Source: an uncultured Actinomycetota bacterium | GTDB lineage: Bacteria > Actinomycetota > Actinomycetes > JAHEKZ01 | Length of the DNA stretch: 64,000 bases | Reading direction: 5' to 3' | NCBI GenBank assembly: GCA_963718235.1 | Contig: CAVQYR010000001.1 | Location: 704,001-768,000, forward strand | Part shown: positions 52,979 to 63,456 of the stretch, piece after piece | Position numbering within the stretch: position 1 is the stretch's first letter | How the letters are laid out: each line of letters opens with the position of its first letter | The notes under the pieces: generated by a model | Seen by the model: only the letters and a program-made list of their open reading frames with translations | What the model was told of the DNA's origin: nothing | The model's database searches: none | Translations under genes and position numbers: made by a program

Positions 52979-54757
52979 TCAGCTCTCGTCGCGCCAGGAG
53001 CGCCAGAGCTTCGCGTACGGACCGTTCGCGGCGACCAGCTGCTGGTGGCTGCCCGACTCGCTGATCAGACCGTCCTCGACCACGACGACCTGTTGGGAGT
53101 CGTGGGCTGTCGTGAGCCGGTGGGCGATGGCGATCACCGTGCGCCCCTCGAGCACCGCGGCCAGCGACTGCTCCAGGTGGCGTGCAGCGCGCGGGTCGAT
53201 CAGCGACGTGGCCTCGTCGAGCACGAGGGTGTGCGGGTCGGCCAGGACGAGCCGGGCCAGCGCGATCTGCTGCGCCTGGGACGGGGAGAGCTTGGTGCCG
53301 CCGGTGCCCACCTCGGTGTCCAGGCCGTGGGGCAGTGACGAGGCCCAGTCGGTCGCATCGACGGCCCCCAGTGCCTCCCACAGCTGCTCGTCGTCGGAGT
53401 CCGGCGCGGCGAGCAGCAGGTTCTCGCGCAGGCTCCCGACGAAGACGTGGTGCTCCTGGGTGACCAGCGCGACGTGGCGACGCACGGTCTCCGGGGGGAG
53501 CTCGGCGAGCTCGACCCCGCCCATCTCGATGGTGCCGGTCCTCGGCTTGTGCAGCCCGGCCAGCAGCCGTCCGAGGGTCGACTTCCCGGCCCCGGACGGA
53601 CCCACGATCGCGATCCGGGCCCCAGGACTGATGTCGAGGTCGACACCGTGCAGCACGTCGCGCCCCTCGCGGTACCCGTAGTGCACGTCGCGTGCCTCGA
53701 TGTCTGCCGTCGCTGGCTCGACGTCGCCCAGGGTCTCGGGGTCGGGCACGTACTGGACGCCGAGCAGCCGGGCCAGTGACGCCTGCCCCACCTGCAGCTC
53801 GTCGTACCACATGAGGATCAGGTCGACCGGCTCGATCAGCATCTGGGTGTACAGCACCGCAGTGGTGACCTGGGCGAGCGTCACGACATCTTGGGTGTAG
53901 AGCACGCCGCCGAGTGCCAGCACTGCGGCGATCGGCAGGACGTAGGCAGCCTCGACCGAGGGGAAGAAGACCGACCGCAGGCTGAGCGTGTAGCGCTCCC
54001 AGCTCAGCCAGCGGCCGATCGCCCGGTCGGCGCGGTCGATGCGCATCGGTCCGAGCCGGTACGCCTCGATCGTGCGTCCGGCGTCGACGGTCTCGGCGAT
54101 GCTGCCCTGCACCTTGGAGTACGCCTGCATCTCCGACCGGTAGCCGGCTGGTGCGCGGTGGAAGTACCAGCGCCCGACGATGACGATCGGCGGGATGGCG
54201 ACGATCCAGCCCAGGGCGAGGACCGCTGACGTCCAGATCATCGCGACGAAGATGGCGAGTGCGGTGACCAGCGCAATGGCGATCTCGGGCACGGCCAGTC
54301 GCACCGCCCACGACAGTCGGTCGACGTCGGTCGTGGTGCGGGTCACGAGATCGCCGGTGCCGGCGCGTTCGACGACGCCCGGGGGCAGCTGGATCACCCG
54401 AGCGACGAACGACTCGCGCAGGTCGGCCAGGATGCTCTCGCCGAGGATTGCCCCCCGCATCCGGGCCCAGCGGGTGAAGCCGGCCTGGACGAGGAGCGCC
54501 CCCAGGAAGATCAGGCACGCCTGGTCGATGGAGGTCGTGGTCACCCCGGTGCTGAGGGCACCGACCAGTCCCCCCAGGACCTGTGGGCCAACCAGAGACG
54601 CGACGGCGGCCACCGCGTTGAGGCTGACGAGCACGCCGAACCCGCGGCGGTGACGCAGCAGCAGCGTGCGGACGCCGGACCTGACCTGCGGCTGGGTGGC
54701 GGTGGGAAGGGAGCCGCCGTCCTGTTCGAGGGCGTCGAAGGGCTCGGGGGGCTTCAC
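52979..54757 (-). CDS. ABC exporter half-transporter (TMD+NBD), subunit B
   Basis: GPSGAGKS, degenerate signature LSPSQ, LDEATS, AHRL. Confidence 0.92.
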   Translation of the reverse strand: MKPPEPFDALEQDGGSLPTATQPQVRSGVRTLLLRHRRGFGVLVSLNAVAAVASLVGPQVLGGLVGALSTGVTTTSIDQACLIFLGALLVQAGFTRWARMRGAILGESILADLRESFVARVIQLPPGVVERAGTGDLVTRTTTDVDRLSWAVRLAVPEIAIALVTALAIFVAMIWTSAVLALGWIVAIPPIVIVGRWYFHRAPAGYRSEMQAYSKVQGSIAETVDAGRTIEAYRLGPMRIDRADRAIGRWLSWERYTLSLRSVFFPSVEAAYVLPIAAVLALGGVLYTQDVVTLAQVTTAVLYTQMLIEPVDLILMWYDELQVGQASLARLLGVQYVPDPETLGDVEPATADIEARDVHYGYREGRDVLHGVDLDISPGARIAIVGPSGAGKSTLGRLLAGLHKPRTGTIEMGGVELAELPPETVRRHVALVTQEHHVFVGSLRENLLLAAPDSDDEQLWEALGAVDATDWASSLPHGLDTEVGTGGTKLSPSQAQQIALARLVLADPHTLVLDEATSLIDPRAARHLEQSLAAVLEGRTVIAIAHRLTTAHDSQQVVVVEDGLISESGSHQQLVAANGPYAKLWRSWRDES

Positions 54758-56454
54758 AGTCCACCCCCTCCCCGGACGACGACCTCGCGGTAGCGCGGCT
54801 CGTCGCGCAGCAGCTGGCGGTGCGTTCCCGTTGCCACGACCGTTCCGTCGAGCAGGAGCGCGACCCGGTCGGCGTGGTCGAGCAGCAGCGGGCTCGTGGT
54901 GAAGATCACCGTCGTGCGCCCGTCACGTGCGTGCCTGATCCGCTCACCGATCCGGGCCTCGGTGTGCGCGTCGACGGCGCTGGTCGGCTCGTCGAGCACG
55001 AGGATGTCGGGGTCGGCCACCAGGGACCTGGCCAGGGCGAGCCGCTGGCGCTGACCGCCTGACAGTGACCGACCGCGCTCGGGAAGGTCGGTCGCGAGCC
55101 CCTCGGGAAGCGCCTCCACGACGTCGACGGCCGAGGCGGCGTGCAGGGCGTCGTCAACGGTCACCCGGCCCTGGCCGGGAACGTCGAAGAGGCTGTCCGC
55201 CGCCCCCGACAAGATCATCGGGTCCTTGTCCTGCACCAGGATCCTTCGCCGGACCATCTCGGTCGGCAGGGTCGCGAGCGGGGTGCCGGCGAGGGTGACC
55301 TCACCCTCGCCGAACAGGCCAAGGCGTGCGGAGACCCGGTCCGCCTGGTCGGGGTCGTCGGCGACCACGGCGGTGACGAGCCCGGGTTCGACGACGAGCC
55401 CGCTGGTGGGGTCGACCAGTGCCCCTGCGGGTGGTTCGCGCACACCCTCCACCGCAGGGTCGATGAGCCGCTGCAGGCTCAGCACGGTGACGACCCGGGC
55501 GGCGGCGACCTTGGCGGCGGTCCACTTCTGGGCTGCCTCGGTCATCGTCCGCAGGGGAAGGACCAGGAAGGCCGTGTACCCGTAGAACGCGACCAGCTCG
55601 CCGACGGTGATGGTGCCCTCCGCGGCGAGGCGAGCCCCGATCCAGGTCACCGTCACGAGGTACAGGCCGGGCAGGAGGACCTGAAGGCCGTCCAGCGTGG
55701 ACTTCACCCGCGCGGTGTGCACCGACGCGTCGAGCACCGCCTGCGACGCGCGCTGGAAGCGGTCGAGGAACAGCTCCTCACCACCGATCCCGCGGATGAC
55801 CCGCAGCCCGGCCACGGTGTCTGCGGCGAGCTCGGTCGACCTTCCGAGCTTCTCCCGCTGGACCCGTTCGCGACGTTCGAGCGGCCGGACGAAGGGGCCG
55901 ATCGCCAACGCCAGCAAGGGTGCTCCGATGACGACCACCGCACCGAGGATGGGGTTGGCGTACAACAGCAGGACGGCGATCCCGATGAACGCGACGACCG
56001 CCCCGACGAAACGGGCTGCGACATCGAATGCATTGCCGATCCGGGCGGAGTCGTTCGCCGCTGCGGCCGCTGCCTCTCCAGTGGCGATCTGCGCCGACAG
56101 GTCGCCACCGAGGTAGGCGGCCTGACGCACGATCAGCTGCTGCACGCGCGAGGCAGCCGTCAGCCAGTTGGTGACGGCGTACCGGTGACGCATGACGCCG
56201 GCCAACGCCTGCAGCAGACCCAGGACCAGCACGACGGCCGACCACGTCCAGACCCCGGCCTCGTTCTGGTCGGTGACGGCCTGGATGCCCGCCCCGAGCG
56301 CACCGGGGATCAAGGCCTGGAACCCCATCCAGAGCACGCCCCAGCCCACGCTGACCAGCAGGATCCGGCGCTGGCCCCTCCCGATCCACACCATCAGGCG
56401 AGTTGCCGAGCGAAGATCCGGCGTTCCGGGGTCGGTCAGGGGGAGGTTGCGCAC
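54754..56454 (-). CDS. ABC exporter half-transporter (TMD+NBD), subunit A
   Basis: [14 protein letters not shown]; no Walker A; start inferred. Confidence 0.88.
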   Translation of the reverse strand: MRNLPLTDPGTPDLRSATRLMVWIGRGQRRILLVSVGWGVLWMGFQALIPGALGAGIQAVTDQNEAGVWTWSAVVLVLGLLQALAGVMRHRYAVTNWLTAASRVQQLIVRQAAYLGGDLSAQIATGEAAAAAANDSARIGNAFDVAARFVGAVVAFIGIAVLLLYANPILGAVVVIGAPLLALAIGPFVRPLERRERVQREKLGRSTELAADTVAGLRVIRGIGGEELFLDRFQRASQAVLDASVHTARVKSTLDGLQVLLPGLYLVTVTWIGARLAAEGTITVGELVAFYGYTAFLVLPLRTMTEAAQKWTAAKVAAARVVTVLSLQRLIDPAVEGVREPPAGALVDPTSGLVVEPGLVTAVVADDPDQADRVSARLGLFGEGEVTLAGTPLATLPTEMVRRRILVQDKDPMILSGAADSLFDVPGQGRVTVDDALHAASAVDVVEALPEGLATDLPERGRSLSGGQRQRLALARSLVADPDILVLDEPTSAVDAHTEARIGERIRHARDGRTTVIFTTSPLLLDHADRVALLLDGTVVATGTHRQLLRDEPRYREVVVRGGGGL

Positions 56455-56536
56455 AACGGGCCACCGTACGTGGCCGTGGCCCCGTGGGGCCAGCGAGATT
56501 CGAGCCGCCGATAGACTCCGCGACCGTGAGGCCACG

Positions 56537-58111
56537 GTGAGCGAGCAGGCGTTCGACACGGTTCTCGTCGTCGACTTCGGAGCCCAGTACGCGCAGCTGA
56601 TCGCGCGACGCATCCGCGAGGCGCGGGTGTACAGCGAGATCGTGCCGCACACGATGCCTGTCGCTGAGATGCTGGCCAAGCAGCCGGCGGCGATCGTCTT
56701 GTCCGGCGGTCCGAGCAGCGTGTACGCCGACGGAGCCCCTCAGGTCGACGATGGGCTGTTTCACACCGACGTCCCGGTGTTCGGGATCTGCTACGGCTTC
56801 CAGGCGATGGCGCAGTCGTTGGGTGGCACCGTGGCGCACACGGGACTGAGCGAGTTCGGGGGCACCCGGGTGCAGGTCACCGACCTGGAGTCGACGCTGT
56901 TCCACGACCTGCCCCTGGAGCTGCAGGTCTGGATGAGCCACGGCGATGCGGTGACCGAGCCACCTGAGGGCTTCGCGGTCGTCGCGTCCAGCGAGGGAGC
57001 CCCCGTCGCCGCGTTCGAGTCGTTGTCGCGCGGGCTGGCCGGTGTCCAGTTCCACCCCGAGGTGCTGCACACCGAGCACGGTCAGAAGATCCTGGAACGC
57101 TTCCTGTTCGAGGTGGCCCGGTGCCGACCGAGCTGGACCATGAGCAACGTGATCGACGAGCAGGTGGAGGCCATCCGGGCCCAGGTCGGCGACCGTCGGG
57201 CCGTCTGCGGGCTGTCCGGAGGCGTCGACTCCGCAGTGGCAGCGGCGCTGGTCCAGCGCGCCATTGGCGACCAGCTCACCTGCGTGTTCGTCGACCACGG
57301 TCTGCTGCGCCTCGGCGAGGCCGAGCAGGTCGAGAAGGACTTCGTCGCCGCGACCGGGGTTCGGCTCAAGGTCGTCAACGCCCAGCAGCGGTTCCTCGAC
57401 GCACTCGCCGGAGTCACCGACCCCGAGGACAAGCGCAAGACGATCGGCCGGGAGTTCATCCGAGTGTTCGAGGACGCCGCGGCCGAGGTCGCGGCTGAGG
57501 CGGGGGCGCATGGCGAACAGGTCGACTTCCTCGTCCAGGGAACCCTGTACCCCGACGTGGTCGAGAGCGGCGGTGGCACCGGGACCGCGAACATCAAGAG
57601 CCACCACAACGTGGGCGGGCTCCCCGAGGACCTGCAGTTCGCCCTGGTCGAGCCGCTGCGCTCACTGTTCAAGGACGAGGTGCGGGCCGTCGGTGAGCAG
57701 CTCGACCTCCCGCCCGAGATCGTGTGGCGTCAGCCGTTCCCCGGTCCCGGGCTGGGCATCCGGATCATCGGCGAGGTCACCCGCGAGCGGCTGGACACCC
57801 TGCGCGCGGCGGACGCCATCGCCCGTGAGGAGCTGACCGCGGCCGGACTGGACCGCACGATCTGGCAGATGCCCGTCGTCCTGCTCGCCGATGTCCGCTC
57901 GGTGGGGGTGCAGGGTGACGGGCGCACCTACGGCCACCCGGTCGTGCTGCGACCGGTCACCAGCGAGGACGCGATGACCGCCGACTGGGCCAAGCTGCCC
58001 CACGACCTGCTCGCCCGCATCTCGACTCGGATCACCAACGAGGTCCGCGAGGTCAACCGGGTCGTCCTGGACGTGACGAGCAAGCCTCCCGGAACCATCG
58101 AGTGGGAGTAG
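56537..58111 (+). CDS. guaA: GMP synthase (glutamine-hydrolysing)
   Basis: [31 protein letters not shown]. Confidence 0.98.
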   Translation: MSEQAFDTVLVVDFGAQYAQLIARRIREARVYSEIVPHTMPVAEMLAKQPAAIVLSGGPSSVYADGAPQVDDGLFHTDVPVFGICYGFQAMAQSLGGTVAHTGLSEFGGTRVQVTDLESTLFHDLPLELQVWMSHGDAVTEPPEGFAVVASSEGAPVAAFESLSRGLAGVQFHPEVLHTEHGQKILERFLFEVARCRPSWTMSNVIDEQVEAIRAQVGDRRAVCGLSGGVDSAVAAALVQRAIGDQLTCVFVDHGLLRLGEAEQVEKDFVAATGVRLKVVNAQQRFLDALAGVTDPEDKRKTIGREFIRVFEDAAAEVAAEAGAHGEQVDFLVQGTLYPDVVESGGGTGTANIKSHHNVGGLPEDLQFALVEPLRSLFKDEVRAVGEQLDLPPEIVWRQPFPGPGLGIRIIGEVTRERLDTLRAADAIAREELTAAGLDRTIWQMPVVLLADVRSVGVQGDGRTYGHPVVLRPVTSEDAMTADWAKLPHDLLARISTRITNEVREVNRVVLDVTSKPPGTIEWE

Positions 58112-58129
58112 CTGCGCTCAGGAAGAGGG

Positions 58130-59650
58130 TCAGGTGACCCGCACGCTGTCCGCCCCCTTGGCGTAGCCGCGTCTGGAGCCGGTCACCTGGTACCTCCCCG
58201 ACGGCACAGCCCGACTGACCTTGAAGACCACCGTGCCCGACGCGCGAGTCTTCTTCGCGCTGCCCCGGAACACCACCTTGGCCCCGGGGACGGGGGCACC
58301 GGCGTCGGTCACCTTCACCGTGAGCCTGCCTGCCGAGAGGCTGGCTGGGGTCGCGCTGAGGGTGAGACCCGGTGGCACCCTCTGGTACCAGATCTGGGGG
58401 TCAGCAGTACCGATCTGGGCGTTGGCGAGCAGATGCAGGGACCCTCCGAGGCCCGTCCCACCCAAGGCCCACACGTTCGTGTAGGAGCCGCGCTTGCCGG
58501 GTGCCTTCAGCGTTCGCACGGCCCCGATCCTGGTGACCGAGGGGTCGGTGCGGGCGACCTTGACGGCCGGTGAGCCGCCACCGGTCCAGGCGAGCCACAA
58601 CCGACCGCCGAGCCCGGGTGTGAGCGTGATCCGGCGCACGTCCTTCGCCCGTACGGCGAAGCCCTGCTTGGATCCCACCCGCCACAGCCGGATCTTGTTC
58701 GCGGTCGGGTACCCCACCTTGTACGCGGCCCACACCTGTCCGCCCTTGCGCGACGCGACGGCGACGGCCTGTCCCGGATCGAGGGAGCTGCCCTTGACCG
58801 AGGAGCCCGGCCCCTGCCGCCAGCTGCTGATGGGGGTGGGGTAGACCCGTTGGGCGAGGACCCCGTTCTGGGCCTTGGTCGAGCTGTTGCTGTACCAGAC
58901 CGCCCAGATGTCGCCGGTCGCGGCGTCCCGGCCGAGGTTGCCGTTGTACGCGCAGCAGCCCAGGCCCTGCGTGGTGGTCCAGTCGCCGGAGGCGGCCGGC
59001 ATGCTGGGCGAGATGTCACGGTGCAAGGTCATGTACGACGTGCTGCTGGCGAACACCCCGATCACGGGCGTGCCCTGGTCGTCGACCGCTGCGGTGCCGT
59101 AGGACGCGTAGGCAGAACGCGTCTGGCTCAACGAACCGCTGCCGAGGCTCCAGGTCTTGCCGTCGTTGCTGGTGGAGTACGCCATCGCACCGTCGTACTT
59201 CTCACCGGGCGAGGTCGAGCGGAGTCCTGAGAACACGACCATGCGTTGCGCCCCGTAGTCGATGATCTTGGGATCGTCGATCAGGGTGTTCCACCCCGTG
59301 ACGACCGGCAGGACCGCCGTCGTCGGCCTACCACTGCCGGACACGAGTCGGCTGCGGATCGACACGCTCGAAGCGCCATCCTGCTGGTACCACAGGGCCT
59401 GCATGCCGGCGCCGGTCTGGAGGGCTGCGGGCTCGCTGAGCGAGGAGACGTTGCGGTCGGACAGTCGCGTCCAGGCACCGACCTTGACGACGGGCGCCGA
59501 GCGGTGCTGAGGCGGTGCGGTGTCGGCCTGGGCGGTGGTGGAAAGCCCGGCACCGAGCAGGCTCGCCACCGTGAGCGACACCGTGAGCGACACCGTGAGC
59601 GCCACCGTGAGCGCCACCGTGACGGGGGAGCAGGGGAGTCGACGGGTCAT
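58130..59650 (-). CDS. Secreted hypothetical protein (propeller-like region and Ig-like C-terminus)
   Basis: Signal peptide ending AQA; Asp-box-like SNDGKTW; VTDAGAPVPGAKV. Confidence 0.7.
   Translation of the reverse strand: MTRRLPCSPVTVALTVALTVSLTVSLTVASLLGAGLSTTAQADTAPPQHRSAPVVKVGAWTRLSDRNVSSLSEPAALQTGAGMQALWYQQDGASSVSIRSRLVSGSGRPTTAVLPVVTGWNTLIDDPKIIDYGAQRMVVFSGLRSTSPGEKYDGAMAYSTSNDGKTWSLGSGSLSQTRSAYASYGTAAVDDQGTPVIGVFASSTSYMTLHRDISPSMPAASGDWTTTQGLGCCAYNGNLGRDAATGDIWAVWYSNSSTKAQNGVLAQRVYPTPISSWRQGPGSSVKGSSLDPGQAVAVASRKGGQVWAAYKVGYPTANKIRLWRVGSKQGFAVRAKDVRRITLTPGLGGRLWLAWTGGGSPAVKVARTDPSVTRIGAVRTLKAPGKRGSYTNVWALGGTGLGGSLHLLANAQIGTADPQIWYQRVPPGLTLSATPASLSAGRLTVKVTDAGAPVPGAKVVFRGSAKKTRASGTVVFKVSRAVPSGRYQVTGSRRGYAKGADSVRVT
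59567..59622. repeat. 12-bp tandem repeat caccgtgagcgM x4.7 in the signal peptide
   Basis: Copies at 59567, 59579, 59591, 59603; partial at 59615. Confidence 0.9.
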
Positions 59651-59803
59651 GCCTCGAACTATGGGACGCCCGGCGCCCGCAGGGAAGACTCGCCCGCGCC
59701 AGGCTTCGCGCGGCCAGCATCACCCAGTCGGCCTAGTCATACGTGACTAGTGCGCGACGATGCACTCATTGGTTCCGCTCCCCTTCCCAGAAGCGAGGAC
59801 CTG

Positions 59804-59983
59804 ATGGACTGGAAGCGCTTCGACTGGCCCGACGTGGCCGGTGAGCCCGATGCCGCGTGGTTCGGCTACCTCGCCGAGCACGGGTGGACGGTGAGTCCGG
59901 TGGCGACCTATGCCCGGGTGGGCAGCCGGGGGTACCTGCGGTACCTCGGGTGGCGCCCACGACAGCCGGTCGCCGTCGGTTGA
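59804..59983 (+). CDS. Small hypothetical protein (59 aa)
   Basis: GAGG SD upstream, GC-rich third positions, fills an intergenic gap. Confidence 0.45.
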   Translation: MDWKRFDWPDVAGEPDAAWFGYLAEHGWTVSPVATYARVGSRGYLRYLGWRPRQPVAVG

Positions 59984-60036
59984 CCCCTTGATGCTCCCGG
60001 CACGCGTCGCGTGCCGGGAGCAGTCATGATCAGACG

Positions 60037-60939
60037 ATGCAGGGCTTCGCCGTCGTCAACCCGCGTAGTGGCCGGGGATCGGGTGACTCCATTCTGTCCG
60101 AGCTGGGGCGACGCGGCTTCGAGTCGCACCTGGTACGCCTCGAAGACGACATCCAGGCTCGGGTCACCTCGGCCATCGACGACGGCGCAGCCCTCATCGT
60201 CGTCGCGGGCGGAGACGGCACGGTGAGCGCGGTCGCCGACGTGACCGCGCCACGTCAGGTGCCACTGGTCGTGGTCCCCACGGGCACGCGCAACCACTTC
60301 GCGGTCGACCTGGGCCTCGACCCCTCGGACCCGGTGGCCTCACTCCGGGCCTGCCTGGACGGGGAGGAGCGCAACGTCGACGTCGGGGACGTCGACGGCG
60401 GCATCTTCTTGAACAACGTGTCGTTCGGCATCTACGCGCGCGCGGTCCGCGACCCCGACTACCGCAGCGGGCGCCTGACCACTCTGGGCGGCTACGCCCG
60501 GCGTGCCATGGCCGGCCATGGACACCGCGCGCTGGTGTCGACCAAGCTGCCGCACGACGTGTCCTCCGACGCGCGCGTGGGAGCGATCATCGTCTCGAAC
60601 AACGCGTACAACTTCTTCGCTGCGCCCGGTTCCCGGCTGCGGGCGAGGTTGGATGCCGGTGAGCTGTGGGTGTACCTGATGGGGCTGCCACGGTTCCGTC
60701 GTCCGTTCCCGCTGGTCCAGGCCCTGCAGGAGGTCTGGACGACCGGCAGCTTCACCCTGGGCGCCTGGGCCACCGACGAGCAGGTCGTGGCCTCCGACCG
60801 CCGGATTCCGGTGGCCGAGGACGGCGAGTACCGCCACGACCTGTCGTCGCCGTACCGGATGACCATCAAGCCCGGAGCGTTGAGGGTTCTGCTGCCCACA
60901 CGCCCGCCACGGCCGGTCTCGCTGTCGCTGCGCTGGTGA
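60037..60939 (+). CDS. Diacylglycerol kinase family (YegS-like) protein
   Basis: VNPRSG, AGGDGT, PTGTRNHFA. Confidence 0.88.
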   Translation: MQGFAVVNPRSGRGSGDSILSELGRRGFESHLVRLEDDIQARVTSAIDDGAALIVVAGGDGTVSAVADVTAPRQVPLVVVPTGTRNHFAVDLGLDPSDPVASLRACLDGEERNVDVGDVDGGIFLNNVSFGIYARAVRDPDYRSGRLTTLGGYARRAMAGHGHRALVSTKLPHDVSSDARVGAIIVSNNAYNFFAAPGSRLRARLDAGELWVYLMGLPRFRRPFPLVQALQEVWTTGSFTLGAWATDEQVVASDRRIPVAEDGEYRHDLSSPYRMTIKPGALRVLLPTRPPRPVSLSLRW

Positions 60940-60957
60940 GCGCGAGATGATCCCAGC

Positions 60958-61770
60958 GTGACGAGTCCCGCCGAGCCGCGCGTCGTGATCGCCCAGGTGT
61001 CGGACATCCACCTGGGCCAGGACGAGCAGGCGGTGGCCGATGGGCTGCTGAGAGACGTCGTCGACCATGCCCCGACGGCGACGGTCGTCAGCGGCGACCT
61101 GACCATGCGCGCCCGGACCCATCAGTTCGAGGCGGCGCGCGACTACCTCGACCGGCTGCCGCAGCCGGTCATCGTCGTCCCGGGCAACCACGACATCCCG
61201 CTGTACGACGTCGTGGCGCGTCTGTCCGGGCCGTTCGACAAGTACCGCAAGCACATCAGCGCCGAGCTCGACCCCGTGCTGAGAGTGCCGGGGGCGACCA
61301 TCCTCGGGCTGAACTCCATGCCCCGATGGCGCTGGAAGGCGGGGCACGTGAGCGATCGGCAGGGTGAGCTCGTCGAGCAGGTGCTGGGCCAGGCGCCGGT
61401 CGGCGACGTCCGGGTCCTGGTGTCCCACCACCCGGTGCTGCCGAAGGACCTGTCCGGCCTGGTCAACCGGACCGACCTGGTGGCGGCCGCGGCCCGGGCC
61501 GAGGTCGACCTGCTCCTGGCCGGTCATACCCACGACCCACTGGTCGCTCCGGTCATCCTGCGCGGACGCAAGGGCGAGGCCGACCGCGAGGCGCTGGCCG
61601 TCGTGGCCGGGACCGCGATCTCTGAACGGCGCCGGGGGGCCAACAACTCCTACCCGGTCATCACCGTGACCCCACAGACGATCAGCGTCGACGTCCGGCA
61701 GTGGAACGGGGCGGGGTTCGTCACCTCCCTGCACGCCGCTTTCGACCGACAGGTGGAGCAGCGGCCGTGA
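60958..61770 (+). CDS. Calcineurin-like metallophosphoesterase
   Basis: SDIH, GDLT, GNHD, HH, GHTH. Confidence 0.9.
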   Translation: MTSPAEPRVVIAQVSDIHLGQDEQAVADGLLRDVVDHAPTATVVSGDLTMRARTHQFEAARDYLDRLPQPVIVVPGNHDIPLYDVVARLSGPFDKYRKHISAELDPVLRVPGATILGLNSMPRWRWKAGHVSDRQGELVEQVLGQAPVGDVRVLVSHHPVLPKDLSGLVNRTDLVAAAARAEVDLLLAGHTHDPLVAPVILRGRKGEADREALAVVAGTAISERRRGANNSYPVITVTPQTISVDVRQWNGAGFVTSLHAAFDRQVEQRP

Positions 61771-62219
61771 GACCCGTCGAGGTCACCCGGGTCGCCGCCT
61801 ACGGCCTGGTCGTCGACGGGGGTCGGCTCCTCCTGGCCCGGCTGTCCGACGTGACCGAGCTGCCCGGCCACTGGACGCTGCCCGGTGGGGGGATCGACCA
61901 CGGGGAGCACCCCCGCGACGCGGTGGTCCGCGAGCTGTACGAGGAGACCGGGCTGCGTGGACGGCCCACGGCTCTCCTCGGCGTCGACTCCTTCCAACGG
62001 ACTCGCTCGCTCGGCGACGACGAGGTGGAGAGCTACCACGCGATCCGGATGCTGTACCGGGTCGAGGTCGAGCAGACCGGTCCGCTGCAGGTCGTCGACG
62101 TGGGCGGCAGCACCGACGACGTCGCCTGGGTCGCGCTCGACGACCTGCCGGGGCTGCCTCTGACGCCGGTGGCGCGCTGGGCGCTCACCCTCCAGGCCAG
62201 CGAGGGAGCCCCCGCCTGA
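61767..62219 (+). CDS. NUDIX hydrolase
   Basis: GGIDHGEHPRDAVVRELYEETG Nudix box. Confidence 0.9.
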   Translation: MRPVEVTRVAAYGLVVDGGRLLLARLSDVTELPGHWTLPGGGIDHGEHPRDAVVRELYEETGLRGRPTALLGVDSFQRTRSLGDDEVESYHAIRMLYRVEVEQTGPLQVVDVGGSTDDVAWVALDDLPGLPLTPVARWALTLQASEGAPA

Positions 62220-62250
62220 CCCGGGTCGGTGGCTCCTCTAGGGTCGCCGC

Positions 62251-62604
62251 ATGGAGTTCCTGGAACACGTACTCGTCTTCTTGCACCTCGTGGGCCTGGC
62301 CGCCGTCCTGGGCGGATTCCTGGTCCAGATCAAGTCGCCGGAGCGCACCATCCTGCCGGTGCAGTGGCACGGGATCCTGACCCAGGTGGTCACTGGTGTC
62401 CTGCTCGCCGGCCTGGTTCCGCAGATCGACGAGGTCGAGGGCGCCTTCTACGCGAAGATCACGACGAAGCTCGTGCTGGCGCTGGTCGCACTCGTCCTGA
62501 TCGCGGCCAACCGGAAGCGGCCCACCATCACCGCCGGTGTGTGGGCGGCGATCGGCGGCATCGAACTGGTCAACATCGCGATCGCCCTGTTCTGGACGTT
62601 GTAG
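62251..62604 (+). CDS. Small integral membrane protein
   Basis: Four hydrophobic segments; TAGGGT +6 nt before ATG. Confidence 0.75.
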   Translation: MEFLEHVLVFLHLVGLAAVLGGFLVQIKSPERTILPVQWHGILTQVVTGVLLAGLVPQIDEVEGAFYAKITTKLVLALVALVLIAANRKRPTITAGVWAAIGGIELVNIAIALFWTL

Positions 62605-62613
62605 CCAGCCGCG

Positions 62614-63333
62614 TCACGCGGTCGCTACCACCCGGAAGGCCTCGGCCAGCCGGCCCTCCGGCCAACCCGCCGCGGCGGCGTTGCGCACCAGCCAGCCCCT
62701 GATGAAGTCGGGCAGCTCGTCCATGTGGGCGGTCTGCGACTCGTGCGCCCGCAGGGCGGCGATCTTGGTGTCGAACTGGTCGGTGACGTCGACGAACTGG
62801 GTGGGCTGGGCGCCGGCCATCAGCCAGACCTCGGGCACGGTCCAGGCGTCGAGCCCCTCGTCGCGCAGCAGCGAGACGTGGGCGAACGGGTTGCGGGCGT
62901 CGGGGTAGACCGCCTGGATGGCCGCCTCGCCGGCCGCCAGGTGGTCCGGATGCGAGGCCTGGATCCGATCCCAGTTGCGTTCCGGGCTCTGGGTGAGCAG
63001 CCGCTGCGGGCGGACCTGACGGATCACTCGGCTGATGTCGCGGCGCAGGTCGTGGGTCACGGTCAGCTCGCCGTCCCGGTAGCCGAGGAACCGCACATCG
63101 GTGACGCCGCACAGCCGGGCCGCCTCGGTCTGCTCGGCCCGGCGGATGGTCGGGATCTCCGAGCGGGGGACGGCCGGGTCGAAGCCCCCGGCGTCACCGT
63201 CGGTGACGATGCAGTAAGAGACGTCGATTCCGGCCGCCGTCCAGCCGGCAATCGTGCCCGCCGCCCCGAAATCGACGTCGTCGGGGTGTGCGGTCACGAT
63301 CAGGATCCGTTCGACCTCGCTGTCGTCGAGCAC
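62614..63333 (-). CDS. PIG-L/LmbE family deacetylase
   Basis: AHPDD, SHPDH, AHESQ; SD GAAGGAGG upstream. Confidence 0.9.
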   Translation of the reverse strand: MLDDSEVERILIVTAHPDDVDFGAAGTIAGWTAAGIDVSYCIVTDGDAGGFDPAVPRSEIPTIRRAEQTEAARLCGVTDVRFLGYRDGELTVTHDLRRDISRVIRQVRPQRLLTQSPERNWDRIQASHPDHLAAGEAAIQAVYPDARNPFAHVSLLRDEGLDAWTVPEVWLMAGAQPTQFVDVTDQFDTKIAALRAHESQTAHMDELPDFIRGWLVRNAAAAGWPEGRLAEAFRVVATA

Positions 63334-63405
63334 GGTGCCTCCTTCGGTGGGTGCGGGATTAGGCCGAACGGGTGACGGGCCGGGTGAGCCATGGTAGGCA
63401 GGGCC

Positions 63406-63433
63406 TTCAGAGCCCCCCGACGAAGGCCGATGA
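63406..63433 (+). promoter_or_regulatory. Sigma-28 (WhiG/FliA)-type promoter
   Basis: TTCA-N16-GCCGATGA about 20 nt before the start codons. Confidence 0.45.
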
Positions 63434-63456
63434 GCCCCCATATGCGCGACGTGATG

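Noticed and set aside
59733-59750. BldD box
   Set aside because: Half-site spacing is shorter than the BldD consensus.
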